From assembly GCA_023267375.1 (NCBI GenBank), contig JAHFNJ010000002.1, forward strand, positions 23,634-87,633: 64,000 nt of DNA, given 5' to 3'. The notes below the pieces were generated by a model. That model was given only the letters and a program-made list of their open reading frames with translations, was not told where the DNA came from and did no database searches. Made by a program: the position numbers and the translations under genes. This document shows, one piece after another, positions 18,295-29,690 of this stretch. Source of the DNA: Candidatus Nomurabacteria bacterium (GTDB lineage Bacteria; Patescibacteriota; Minisyncoccia; Phycocordibacterales; UBA9973). The stretch's first letter is position 1, and every line of letters starts with the position of its first letter.

Positions 18295-19356
18295 ATGGAT
18301 CCAAAAAAAGAACTTGAAGAATTAATAGAGACCGTTATCCGCGAGGGCGGATCTGATTTACATATTTCAACGGGACGTTATCCCGCTATTCGTGTTTCAG
18401 GAGCACTCATTTTTCTGGTCAAACGGCAAATTTTTACCGGAGCTGATACTCTTGCGATTCTTAAAGAATTTCTCAATGATGAAAAGAAATTGAACCGGTT
18501 CCTTGATGAACAGGAAATTGATTTCTCATATGATCATAAGGGAGAAACTCGGCTTCGTGGCAATGCATATTTTCAAAAGGGTTTTATCAGTATTTCGCTT
18601 CGTCTCATCCCTAAAGTAAAGACGTTGTCAGAGTTGCGCTTACCGCAAGTGCTTGAAACATTTGCTCGCAAGAAACAAGGGTTCTTTCTTATTGTGGGGC
18701 CGGTTGGGCAGGGAAAATCAACTACTATGGCTGCAATGATCGACCTCATTAATGCCGAGCGTGCTGAGCGCATTATTACCATTGAAGATCCAGTTGAATA
18801 TTTATTTGAACCAAAACGTTCAATGGTAGATCAGCGTGAAGTTGGTATCGATACAAAAGATTTTAATAAAGCATTGAAATCGGTTTTCCGTGAGGATGTG
18901 AATGTTATCATGGTGGGTGAAATGCGAAGTCCAGACACTATTGCAACTGCTGTGACTGCCGCTGAAACGGGTCACTTTGTGCTTTCGACGCTCCACACGA
19001 ACAATGCATCACAAACAATCGATCGTATCATTGATGCGTTTCCTCCTGCACAACAAGATCAGATTCGTGCACAGCTTGCAGGGTCACTCTTAGGGATTTT
19101 CTCGCAGCGTCTTGTGCCACGTATTTCCGGAGGCCTCATACCTGCGTATGAACTCTTGATCAATAACAATGCCGTTTCAAACCTTATCCGTGAACGCCGA
19201 ACCCACGAGATTGATGTGGTTATTGAGACAGGATTTGAGCACGGTATGATTGATTTAAATAGAAGTCTTCTTGAGCTTGTTCGTATGGGGGAGATAACTA
19301 TCGAAAATGCCTATCTTACGTCACTTAATCCAAAAGCGTTGGAGCGACTTATCTAA
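18295..19356 (+). CDS. pilT: Pilus retraction ATPase PilT
   Basis: SDLHI, GPVGQGKSTT, IEDPVEY, AAETGH, TLHTN. Confidence 0.93.
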   Translation: MDPKKELEELIETVIREGGSDLHISTGRYPAIRVSGALIFLVKRQIFTGADTLAILKEFLNDEKKLNRFLDEQEIDFSYDHKGETRLRGNAYFQKGFISISLRLIPKVKTLSELRLPQVLETFARKKQGFFLIVGPVGQGKSTTMAAMIDLINAERAERIITIEDPVEYLFEPKRSMVDQREVGIDTKDFNKALKSVFREDVNVIMVGEMRSPDTIATAVTAAETGHFVLSTLHTNNASQTIDRIIDAFPPAQQDQIRAQLAGSLLGIFSQRLVPRISGGLIPAYELLINNNAVSNLIRERRTHEIDVVIETGFEHGMIDLNRSLLELVRMGEITIENAYLTSLNPKALERLI

Positions 19357-19359
19357 ACT

Positions 19360-20565
19360 ATGAACTTTAAATACAAGGCACTTGCCGAGAATGGCGAAAA
19401 AAAAGAAGGAGTCATCGATGCCGCAAGCAAAGACTTAGCCATTTCGGCGTTGCAACGTCGCAATTATGTTGTTCTCTCAATGGAGGGAGATGAACCAAAG
19501 AAATCGCTTTTTAGTCGTTCGATATTTGAGAGTGTCCCACTGAAAGACGTTGTTATTCTTTCGCGTCAGATTGCCACGCTCTTTGAGGCGCAAGTATCAG
19601 CGCTCAAAGCGTTCACATTACTTTCATCAAATGCTGACAACCCATTACTTTCTCGAAAACTCTCGCAGGTTACCGATGATCTGCAGGCAGGTTTTTCTAT
19701 TTCGGGAGCACTCGCCAAACACCCAGATGTCTTTTCTGATTTCTACGTGAACATGGTAAAGGCCGGTGAAGAGTCAGGAAAACTGAATCAAACATTTGAG
19801 TATCTTGCAGATTATCTTGAACGCCAATATGAACTTACTTCAAAAACAAGAAATGCACTTATCTATCCAGCTTTTGTTGTATTTACTTTTATTGCGGTGA
19901 TGGTGCTTATGTTGACGATGGTGATCCCTAAACTTTCTCAGATTATTCTTGAGTCGGGACAGCAAGTGCCTATCTATACGACTATTGTCATCGGCATATC
20001 AGAATTTTTTGTTCATTACGGTATTTTTATTCTCATTCTTGTTATTATCGGCGGACTGTATCTTTGGCGTCTTTCTCGGGGGGAGCGTGGAAAAACATAT
20101 CTTGATACATTAAAACTCTCAGCTCCGATGTTTGGTCCACTTTTCTATAAACTCTACCTATCACGTATCGCTGACAACTTAGATACATTGCTCTCTGCGG
20201 GTATTTCGATTGTACGTTCGATTGAAATTACTGGTGATGTTGTAGGCAACAAAGTGTACGAAAATATTCTCAAAGAAACAGGGGAGATGGTGAAAGGCGG
20301 TAGTTCTCTTTCAGATGCGTTTGCCAAGCATCCAGAAATGCCCGGCATTATGGTACAGATGGTAAAAGTCGGCGAAGAGACCGGCGCGCTTGGTTCTATT
20401 TTGAAAACACTCGCACGTTTCTATAAACGTGAAGTGGATGGTGCTGTTGATACACTCGTTTCTTTGATTGAACCGCTCATGATTGTAGCGCTCGGTCTTG
20501 GTGTCGGCGTCCTTCTTGCTTCAGTGCTTGTGCCAATTTATAATCTTGCATCTTCAATTAGGTAG
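19360..20565 (+). CDS. pilC: Type IV pilus platform protein PilC (GspF family)
   Basis: Two T2SSF domains with GEESGKL and GEETGAL, ALIYP, LIEP. Confidence 0.93.
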   Translation: MNFKYKALAENGEKKEGVIDAASKDLAISALQRRNYVVLSMEGDEPKKSLFSRSIFESVPLKDVVILSRQIATLFEAQVSALKAFTLLSSNADNPLLSRKLSQVTDDLQAGFSISGALAKHPDVFSDFYVNMVKAGEESGKLNQTFEYLADYLERQYELTSKTRNALIYPAFVVFTFIAVMVLMLTMVIPKLSQIILESGQQVPIYTTIVIGISEFFVHYGIFILILVIIGGLYLWRLSRGERGKTYLDTLKLSAPMFGPLFYKLYLSRIADNLDTLLSAGISIVRSIEITGDVVGNKVYENILKETGEMVKGGSSLSDAFAKHPEMPGIMVQMVKVGEETGALGSILKTLARFYKREVDGAVDTLVSLIEPLMIVALGLGVGVLLASVLVPIYNLASSIR

Positions 20566-20591
20566 TATTGAGAATTTAAGCATCTTCAATC

Positions 20592-20699
20592 GGAGCGAAC
20601 CTTGCAGATTTCAAAAGTCTTGGAAGCACTGGCGAGTGCGGACAGAGAGAATGTAAAGCTTTACATTCTCGTGCTTTTGAAATCTGCAAGGCGAGCGTA
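20592..20699. repeat. Structured intergenic element GGAGCGAACC...GAGCGTA, copy 1
   Basis: 18-bp perfect stem 20600-20617/20674-20691 enclosing two hairpins; homolog at 62127-62234. Confidence 0.75.
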
Positions 20700-20833
20700 C
20701 TTTATACACACCCGCGCCTTGCGCGATGCTTGGCATGGGGTGGTATAATGTATGCATTACAAGAATAGGTCGTTTTGGTTTGCGTCACCCTATCGACGCC
20801 AGCCAAAAAATTTACAAATTAGTAAAATTATTT

Positions 20834-21277
20834 ATGGTTAACAAATTTAAAAAAGGTTTTACCCTTATCGAATTGCTCGTTGTTATCGCTATCATCGGTA
20901 TTTTGGCAGCGATCATTATCGCAAACTTGGGTGGTGCTCGTAATGTTGCGAAGGACGGCGCAGTGAAGTCACAGCTTGCGAACATGCGCGCTCAGGCTGA
21001 GTTGTATGCGCAAGGCTATGGTAACGTATATTCTGATGGAGCAGTAAATAGTAGTAGTGACTGTGCTATTGCTGATAGTATGTTTGATTCAACACGAACT
21101 AATAGTGTTACCGCTCTTCTCGAGGGTATTGATGGTTCAGGTGGAGTTGCTACCTGTTTTGCGGGACCATCTGTGTGGGCTGTCTCCTCAACTCTTCCTT
21201 CAGGAGCAAATGCATGGTGTGTTGACTCTGCTGGACAATCAAAAGAGGGTACTGCTACTGCAACTGGTTGTAACTAG
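20834..21277 (+). CDS. Type IV pilin 1
   Basis: KKG|FTLIELLVVIAIIGIL; TGGTATAAT promoter at ~20741. Confidence 0.92.
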   Translation: MVNKFKKGFTLIELLVVIAIIGILAAIIIANLGGARNVAKDGAVKSQLANMRAQAELYAQGYGNVYSDGAVNSSSDCAIADSMFDSTRTNSVTALLEGIDGSGGVATCFAGPSVWAVSSTLPSGANAWCVDSAGQSKEGTATATGCN

Positions 21278-21294
21278 TCGTTTAGGTATTTCAC

Positions 21295-21318
21295 AAAAAA
21301 GCCCTTCGGGGCTTTTTT
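21295..21318 (+). terminator. Intrinsic terminator
   Basis: AAAAAAGCCC-TTCG-GGGCTTTTTT. Confidence 0.8.
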
Positions 21319-21372
21319 GTTTTCCCCATGAATTTTAGGTTTTTTGGGGAATTGGGTGGTAAAATATGAAAT

Positions 21373-21810
21373 ATGTTGAAAAAAAATAAAGGTTTTACCC
21401 TTATCGAATTGCTCGTTGTTATCGCTATCATTGGTATTTTGGCAGCGGTAATTATCGCAAACTTAGGAGGCGCGCGTACTGCAGCTCGGGACGGCGCTGT
21501 GAAGGCCCAAATGGATAGCTTGCGCTCACAGATGGAATTGTACAATCTCTACAATGGCGGTTCCTACGGAACAGCTGCAAACTGTACAGTTGCTCCCTTT
21601 GTCGGGACTGCCAATAATGCTGCAGGCAATTTAATTTTGGGGATCAAGGATTCTGGGGTCACTGATTCTAATATATTCTGTGGAGCCAATGGAACAGCTT
21701 GGGCAGTCTCTGTCCACCTTCCTTCTGGTTCAGCAGGTGATTGGTGTGTTGATTCGAATGGTGCTTCTACTGCTGCTATCACTGCCAACGGAGGAACTGT
21801 CTGCCCATAA
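21373..21810 (+). CDS. Type IV pilin 2
   Basis: KG|FTLIELL and C-terminal WCVDS. Confidence 0.92.
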   Translation: MLKKNKGFTLIELLVVIAIIGILAAVIIANLGGARTAARDGAVKAQMDSLRSQMELYNLYNGGSYGTAANCTVAPFVGTANNAAGNLILGIKDSGVTDSNIFCGANGTAWAVSVHLPSGSAGDWCVDSNGASTAAITANGGTVCP

Positions 21811-21929
21811 AAAATACGTCTTGTGTATGAAAACAAAAAGCTGGAGCCATCCGGCTTTTTGTTTTCCCCATTCTCTGTCGAAGCGCCTTTCTGCTTAGTG
21901 GTCCTGATGATATAATAAAGCAAGCACGT

Positions 21930-22448
21930 ATGCATACTAGAAATAAAAAAGGGTTTACCCTCATTGAACTCCTCATCGTTATCGCTATCATCGGTATTTT
22001 GGCAGCGGTAATTTTGCCATCGCTTTCTGGTGCCCGAAGTAAAGCAAAAGATGCGGCGGTAGAATCGCAGCTCAAAGGCCTTACTACTGCCGCAGAACTA
22101 TTTGCGCAATCAAGCAGTAATAATGGTTACACAGTAACATCCAGATTTGGCAGTGGTAGTGGCTGTCAAAACAATACAACTATGTCGGGGAGTATGTTTG
22201 ATTCTACTCAGGTTGATAATGTCAGCACTATTATTACAGGAGTGGTGAGTGCTGGCGGGGTAGTCGAATGTCATGTATCAAGTGATGCTTGGGCGGTCGC
22301 TTCAAGTTTGCCTTCCGGTGGTTATTGGTGTGTTGATTCCCTTGGTATTTCACGCGGTTCAACAGCTGGCGGGACAACCTACACTGCGAAAAGTGGTTCT
22401 GCTACAGCAGCGTTTACTTCTTCATCTGCTGGTACTGCATGCAATTAA
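21930..22448 (+). CDS. Type IV pilin 3
   Basis: KKG|FTLIELL and YWCVDS. Confidence 0.92.
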   Translation: MHTRNKKGFTLIELLIVIAIIGILAAVILPSLSGARSKAKDAAVESQLKGLTTAAELFAQSSSNNGYTVTSRFGSGSGCQNNTTMSGSMFDSTQVDNVSTIITGVVSAGGVVECHVSSDAWAVASSLPSGGYWCVDSLGISRGSTAGGTTYTAKSGSATAAFTSSSAGTACN

Positions 22449-22474
22449 TAGTGCGATTGTAATCTCATATATCT

Positions 22475-23296
22475 ATGCTCATTTTTTTCATCATCATCTT
22501 TGTATACGGACTGCTCGTCGGATCATTCTTGAACGTCGTTATTTTCCGTTTGAACACTGGACGAAGTGTAGTTTCAGGGCGTTCGATGTGTCTTTCGTGT
22601 AGTAAAACACTTTCTTGGTATGAGCTTGTTCCATTGTTTAGTTTTCTTTTTTTGGGTGGACGGTGTCGTGGATGCAAGAGTAAGATTTCTGTACAGTATC
22701 CAATTGTTGAAGGTTTAACTGCTCTCTTTTTTATTCTCCTTTTCTTTCGTTATGGCTGGCTGTTGTTTGCGGGGCAGTCGCTCCTCTTTTTCGGTCTGAT
22801 GGGTTACCTTGTTCTTTCTTTTGCAATTCTCTTGATTATTGTTGTTTATGACTTCAAGCATAAAATTATTCCGGACTCACTTGTGTATGCATTCATATCG
22901 CTGTCTGTCTTCTCATATTTTTTTCATACGGGAGCTGCTCACTTATTCTCAGCAGGAACAGCCATGCATCTTTTAGCAGGAGTTGTCGCTTTCCTGCCGT
23001 TTGCGGCACTATGGTTCTTTTCGAGAGGACGGGCAATGGGTTTTGGTGATGCGAAATTGGCGCTTGGTATGGGATTTTTCTTGGGATTATCCCGTGTTGT
23101 CGCTGCGCTCGCGTTTTCCTTCTGGATCGGAGCAGTAGTGAGTTTAGCGCTGCTCGGATTTCAGAAGCTTTCAGTAAAGAAGAAGCATTTGACGCTCAAA
23201 AGCGAAATTCCTTTTGCTCCATTTTTGATCGCCGGTTTCTTTATTATCTATTTCTGCAATATTGATTTGTCAGTCATGGCTTCATGGTTTCAATAA
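22475..23296 (+). CDS. pilD: Prepilin peptidase
   Basis: GSFLNVVIFR, RSMCLSC, GRCRGC, YDFKH, MGFGDAKL, IPFAPF. Confidence 0.93.
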   Translation: MLIFFIIIFVYGLLVGSFLNVVIFRLNTGRSVVSGRSMCLSCSKTLSWYELVPLFSFLFLGGRCRGCKSKISVQYPIVEGLTALFFILLFFRYGWLLFAGQSLLFFGLMGYLVLSFAILLIIVVYDFKHKIIPDSLVYAFISLSVFSYFFHTGAAHLFSAGTAMHLLAGVVAFLPFAALWFFSRGRAMGFGDAKLALGMGFFLGLSRVVAALAFSFWIGAVVSLALLGFQKLSVKKKHLTLKSEIPFAPFLIAGFFIIYFCNIDLSVMASWFQ

Positions 23297-23300
23297 GAAG

Positions 23301-24098
23301 ATGCACAAAATTTTTTTACAAAACAAAAATATAACTACTTCTTGTCGCCCTGACCGGGAATCCAGCGTCCCTTTGGACGTGACGAAGCGTCAGAAGCGAA
23401 TTCGATCTTTTTTGAGGCAACGCTCCGCGTTCTCAAAAAAATCGAATTCGGGCTTCACCTTCGTCGAACTTATTATGGTTATTGCCATTTTTGGAATTCT
23501 CTCTTCAGTAGTACTTTTTAATTATGGTAATTTTACAAGCACTATCACACTTCAAAATCTCACACATGACATTGCTCTTCAGGTAAATCAAGCACAAAAG
23601 ACTGCTATTTCAGGTTTAGGAAATCGAATTACTGGATTTACGGGGGGCTACAAACCAACCTATGGAGTGTATTTTGAAAAAGGGGGAATGTCTCTAAATT
23701 TAAGAAGTGGGCAGAGTGGGGCGAAAGAATTTATTTATTTTACTGATAGTTTACAAGGAGAAGCTAATGGTGTTTATGATCATGGAAACTATTGCCCGGC
23801 TCCCTCAGCAACTGAATGTCTTGATGAAATTAATATTCAAACAGGGGATTCTATTGATCGACTCTGTGTGAATGTTGTTGCGCAGCTCGGAGCTTTTCCT
23901 GTCAAATGTGATCTTGATGATCTAAGTGTTACTTTTACTCGACCGTTTCCTGACGCGATTATTAAAATAAACTCTGATCCTACTACGTCTGAAGCTGATG
24001 CTGAAATTGTGGTGAAGTCGATTAAAGGTGATAAGAAGACGATTGTTGTAACAAAGTTAGGTCAGGTATATATTGAAGATAAGGATATTACGCCGTAA
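23301..24098 (+). CDS. Minor pilin (FimT/GspH-like) with an unusually long leader
   Basis: SG|FTFVELIMVIAI after a ~50-aa leader. Confidence 0.8.
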   Translation: MHKIFLQNKNITTSCRPDRESSVPLDVTKRQKRIRSFLRQRSAFSKKSNSGFTFVELIMVIAIFGILSSVVLFNYGNFTSTITLQNLTHDIALQVNQAQKTAISGLGNRITGFTGGYKPTYGVYFEKGGMSLNLRSGQSGAKEFIYFTDSLQGEANGVYDHGNYCPAPSATECLDEINIQTGDSIDRLCVNVVAQLGAFPVKCDLDDLSVTFTRPFPDAIIKINSDPTTSEADAEIVVKSIKGDKKTIVVTKLGQVYIEDKDITP

Positions 24099-24104
24099 TA
24101 GAAA

Positions 24105-24728
24105 ATGCAGCAAAAAAAACAACAGTCGAATAAAGGGTTTACGCTTGTTGAGGTAATGATCGCTACTGCGATATTTGTTGTGATTATGGTTATGGGGATC
24201 GGGGCTGTTCTTGCAGCGAATTCTTCACACAAAGAGACACAATCTCTGCACACAATTGTAGATAATCTTAGTTTTGCAATGGAAGATATGTCTCGCAATT
24301 TACGTTTGGGTTATTCGTATCATTGTCAGTACGAAAGCTTGCCTGTGCCAATTGAAGAACCTCTTGATTGTGCATTAGGCGAAGGGGCGCTATCTCTCGC
24401 TTTCGAAAAACAGGGTGGCGATAGTGAAAACCCTCTAGATCAGGTTGTGTACCGTATAAATTCTTCTGATATAAAAAATGTATATATAGATAAATCAACC
24501 GATAGCGGGAATACTTTTTATCCTATTACCCCAAATATTTTGGGCGACGCTTCTATGGAAATTGACCCAATTCATTCTGGTTTTGTTGTTCTAGGAGCAG
24601 ATCCTGAAGATAAGATACAGCCAATGGTTGCTATTCGACTTAAAGGTAGTATTTCTATTCGAGGTACGGTAACGCCGTTTAATCTTGAGACAGTCGTCAG
24701 TCAACGAGCGATCGATTCGGGGATATAA
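24105..24728 (+). CDS. Minor pilin (PilW-like)
   Basis: KG|FTLVEVMIA...MSRNLR. Confidence 0.85.
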   Translation: MQQKKQQSNKGFTLVEVMIATAIFVVIMVMGIGAVLAANSSHKETQSLHTIVDNLSFAMEDMSRNLRLGYSYHCQYESLPVPIEEPLDCALGEGALSLAFEKQGGDSENPLDQVVYRINSSDIKNVYIDKSTDSGNTFYPITPNILGDASMEIDPIHSGFVVLGADPEDKIQPMVAIRLKGSISIRGTVTPFNLETVVSQRAIDSGI

Positions 24729-24755
24729 TACATGAGTTCATAAGAACATATAAAA

Positions 24756-25376
24756 ATGAGAAAAAAACTTTCAACTTTCAACTTTCAACTTAGGGCTCGC
24801 CCCGCCAAGGGACGGGGCGGTTTTACTCTCGTTGAGGTGCTTGTCTCCATCTCTATATTTATGGTAGCTATTGTTTCTATGGTTGTTGTTTCAGCACAAT
24901 CTATTACGAATTCTGGCCATGCAAAGAACCAGCTTACTGCTTCGTATCTTGCTCAGGAAGGGATTGAAATTGTTCGCAATGCTCGTGATAATGCAGTGAA
25001 TGTAAGTCCAACCGGGTGGAATGATTTTCTAAATGATTCAAATAATGTTGTCGTAAAGTGTGAAGGCCCTTATGGTTGTGAAATTGATCCGCTGGAAGTA
25101 TTTTTCCACGGGATAACAGATAATAATGCAGTTACTACGTGCACAGCTCTCTGTAACAATCGGCTGCTCTATAATGATACAGCGAGTTTTTATACCTACG
25201 CTACAAGCGGTAATCCGACCACGACTTTGTTTACTCGTACCGTTCATGTAGACACTTCTCGTGATACAACACGAGAAATACAAATTACTACCACTGTCTC
25301 ATGGCAAGAAGGTTCAACGACACAGCATGTTTCAATGACAGAAGACTTGTTCAACTGGCGTCTAGCCCCACAATGA
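24756..25376 (+). CDS. Minor pilin (PilV-like)
   Basis: GG|FTLVEVLVS...LAQEGIEIVRN. Confidence 0.85.
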   Translation: MRKKLSTFNFQLRARPAKGRGGFTLVEVLVSISIFMVAIVSMVVVSAQSITNSGHAKNQLTASYLAQEGIEIVRNARDNAVNVSPTGWNDFLNDSNNVVVKCEGPYGCEIDPLEVFFHGITDNNAVTTCTALCNNRLLYNDTASFYTYATSGNPTTTLFTRTVHVDTSRDTTREIQITTTVSWQEGSTTQHVSMTEDLFNWRLAPQ

Positions 25377-25385
25377 TAATTATTT

Positions 25386-25877
25386 ATGGATATTTTATTT
25401 AAAAAAAATACAAAAGGAGGGTTTGTGGTTCTCTTTACAGTACTTCTAACAAGTATTATTTTAGCGATTGTTGTTGGTGCATCAGGAATTGCATACAAAG
25501 AAGTAGTGCTTGCTTCTGCCGCAAAAGATTCAAGTGTTGCATTTTTTGCTGCTGATACCGGTCTTGAGTGCGCACTTCATTGGGATGTGTTGCAGACGAG
25601 CGTGTTTGATGGAGGGGGCATTATTATGTGTGACAGTAACGATGCTGATAGCCCTATTCCCATAAGCGTGAGTTATATTGGTAAGGTTTCAAATTTCCAA
25701 CTTTCTCTAGATAATAATCAGACATGTGCTAGCGTGACTGTCGAAAAAGAGGTAATCGGAGATAGTGGTAATTCTGAGACTCATATTACTTCACTCGGAT
25801 ACAACGTTCCCTGTACTGAGATTGGTACAAGTAATCGAGTAGTTGAGCGTGCTGTGGGTGTTATCTATGAAAATTAG
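25386..25877 (+). CDS. Minor pilin (PilX-like)
   Basis: GG|FVVLF with no Glu5; AFFAADTGLECAL. Confidence 0.8.
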   Translation: MDILFKKNTKGGFVVLFTVLLTSIILAIVVGASGIAYKEVVLASAAKDSSVAFFAADTGLECALHWDVLQTSVFDGGGIIMCDSNDADSPIPISVSYIGKVSNFQLSLDNNQTCASVTVEKEVIGDSGNSETHITSLGYNVPCTEIGTSNRVVERAVGVIYEN

Positions 25878-25900
25878 TCTTTCTTTATAAAACTCCATAA

Positions 25901-27961
<2,061 letters not shown>

Positions 27962-27976
27962 TGCTATTGTAGCCAT

Positions 27977-28255
27977 ATGACGATTGACGATGTGAATAAA
28001 TTGGCAACTTTGGCGCGGATTGATATGTCTGATGCCGAAAAACAGGAATTCCTTGGTAACATGGAGTCTATTTTGAAATATATCGGCCAAATACAGGAAG
28101 TTTCCACGGAAGTGCTAGAACGAAAGGTAGGGGATGTATATAATGTATTGCGTGAAGATGAAAATCCTACTGAGTCTGGAAAATATACCGAGAAAATCTT
28201 GGCTGAAGCGCCGGAAACGCAGGATGGATATTTTAAAGTTAAACAAATACTGTAA
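27977..28255 (+). CDS. gatC: Asp/Glu-tRNA amidotransferase subunit C
   Basis: LATLARI...LRED...GYFKVKQIL; upstream of gatA. Confidence 0.92.
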   Translation: MTIDDVNKLATLARIDMSDAEKQEFLGNMESILKYIGQIQEVSTEVLERKVGDVYNVLREDENPTESGKYTEKILAEAPETQDGYFKVKQIL

Positions 28256-29667
28256 TGATTGATTTGAAAACACTCACAATTGAAAAAGCGCACCAGGCTC
28301 TAAAGAGTGGTGAGTATTCATGCCGCGATCTTGCGCAGGCGTATCTGGATGTGATCAAAGAAAAAAATCAGGATATCAATGCGTATATTGAAATTTTTGA
28401 TGATGCACTTTTGCAAGCGGATAAGGCTCAAGAGAAATTTACTAATGGCACCGCTACGTTGTTGACGGGTATTCCGTTTGCAATGAAAGACAATATTTTA
28501 ATAGAAGGGAAGAAAGCAAGTAACGGTTCAAAATATTTAGAAAAGTACACCGCGGTATATGATTCAACGGTAACAAAAATATTAAAAAAAGAAGGCGCAG
28601 TATTTATCGGCCGAACTAATATGGACGATGCAGCGATGGGTTCCTCGACGCAGACTTCATATTACGGTCCGACAAAAAATCCTTGTGATACAGAACGGGT
28701 ACCTGGTGGATCTTCTGGTGGGTCAGCTGCGGCTGTTGCGGCCGATATGGCACTTGTGGCACTGGGATCGGAGACATGTGGTTCAATCCGGGAGCCTGCA
28801 GCTTTTTGTGGATTAGTTGGCTTGAAGCCTACCTATGGGGCCGTTTCTCGTCATGGTCTTATTGCTATGGGAAATTCTTTGGATCAGATTGCTCCGATTA
28901 CAAAAAACGTTCGTGATGCGGAACTCATTTTTGAAACTATTGCACAGTATGATCCAGCAGATTCAACTTCTAGACCTCAAGAAAAGCGTGTTATCAAAAA
29001 AGGCAATGCAAAACGTATTGGCATCCCATGGCATTTATTTGAAGAAGGAGTTGATCCGTTTGTACTCGATAATTTTAAACAATCAGTAGAGAAATTAAAG
29101 AGTGCCGGATACGATATTGTTGATATTGGTTTACCGTTTTCAAAGTATTCTCTGGCTGTGTATTACATTATTATGCCGGCTGAGGTTTCAACAAACCTTT
29201 CCCGATTCGATGGTATTCGTTACGGGTATTCTGACCAAAATGCGACAAATCTTTTGGAAGTTTATAAACGTTCACGCGGTATAGGTTTCGGGAAGGAGGT
29301 GCGTCGTCGTGTGCTTTTGGGCACATACATCCTTTCACATGGCTACTATGATGCATACTACAATAAAGCGATTCAGGTGCGTGAAAAAATTACACAAGAG
29401 TTAACAAAAGCATTTGAAACAGTAGACTTAATCGCAACACCAACAGCTCCTACACCGGCGTTTAAATTAGGAGAAAAAATGAACGATCCAGTCGCTATGT
29501 ATCTTATGGATATTTTTTCTGCACCGGCGAATCTTTCTGGTGTGCCATCTATTGCTGTTCCTTCAGGTACAACAGCAACTGGGCTACCGCTTTCAATCCA
29601 GTTCATGGCTCCACACTTTGCAGAGGCTACACTCTTTGAGATTGGTAAAAAATTTGAGACAATATAG
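28255..29667 (+). CDS. gatA: Asp/Glu-tRNA amidotransferase subunit A
   Basis: Amidase signature GGSSGGS, GSIREPA, SRFDGIRYG. Confidence 0.96.
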   Translation: MIDLKTLTIEKAHQALKSGEYSCRDLAQAYLDVIKEKNQDINAYIEIFDDALLQADKAQEKFTNGTATLLTGIPFAMKDNILIEGKKASNGSKYLEKYTAVYDSTVTKILKKEGAVFIGRTNMDDAAMGSSTQTSYYGPTKNPCDTERVPGGSSGGSAAAVAADMALVALGSETCGSIREPAAFCGLVGLKPTYGAVSRHGLIAMGNSLDQIAPITKNVRDAELIFETIAQYDPADSTSRPQEKRVIKKGNAKRIGIPWHLFEEGVDPFVLDNFKQSVEKLKSAGYDIVDIGLPFSKYSLAVYYIIMPAEVSTNLSRFDGIRYGYSDQNATNLLEVYKRSRGIGFGKEVRRRVLLGTYILSHGYYDAYYNKAIQVREKITQELTKAFETVDLIATPTAPTPAFKLGEKMNDPVAMYLMDIFSAPANLSGVPSIAVPSGTTATGLPLSIQFMAPHFAEATLFEIGKKFETI

Positions 29668-29690
29668 GAAAGTCTACGACTTTAGCCCCT

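Noticed and set aside
20852..22010. Pilin repeats as DGR template/variable repeats
   Set aside because: No reverse transcriptase in the window, the differences are not adenine-specific, and the repeats cover the conserved N-terminus.
27977..29667. gatB missing next to gatCA
   Set aside because: Split gat operons are common, and gatB may lie elsewhere in the genome.
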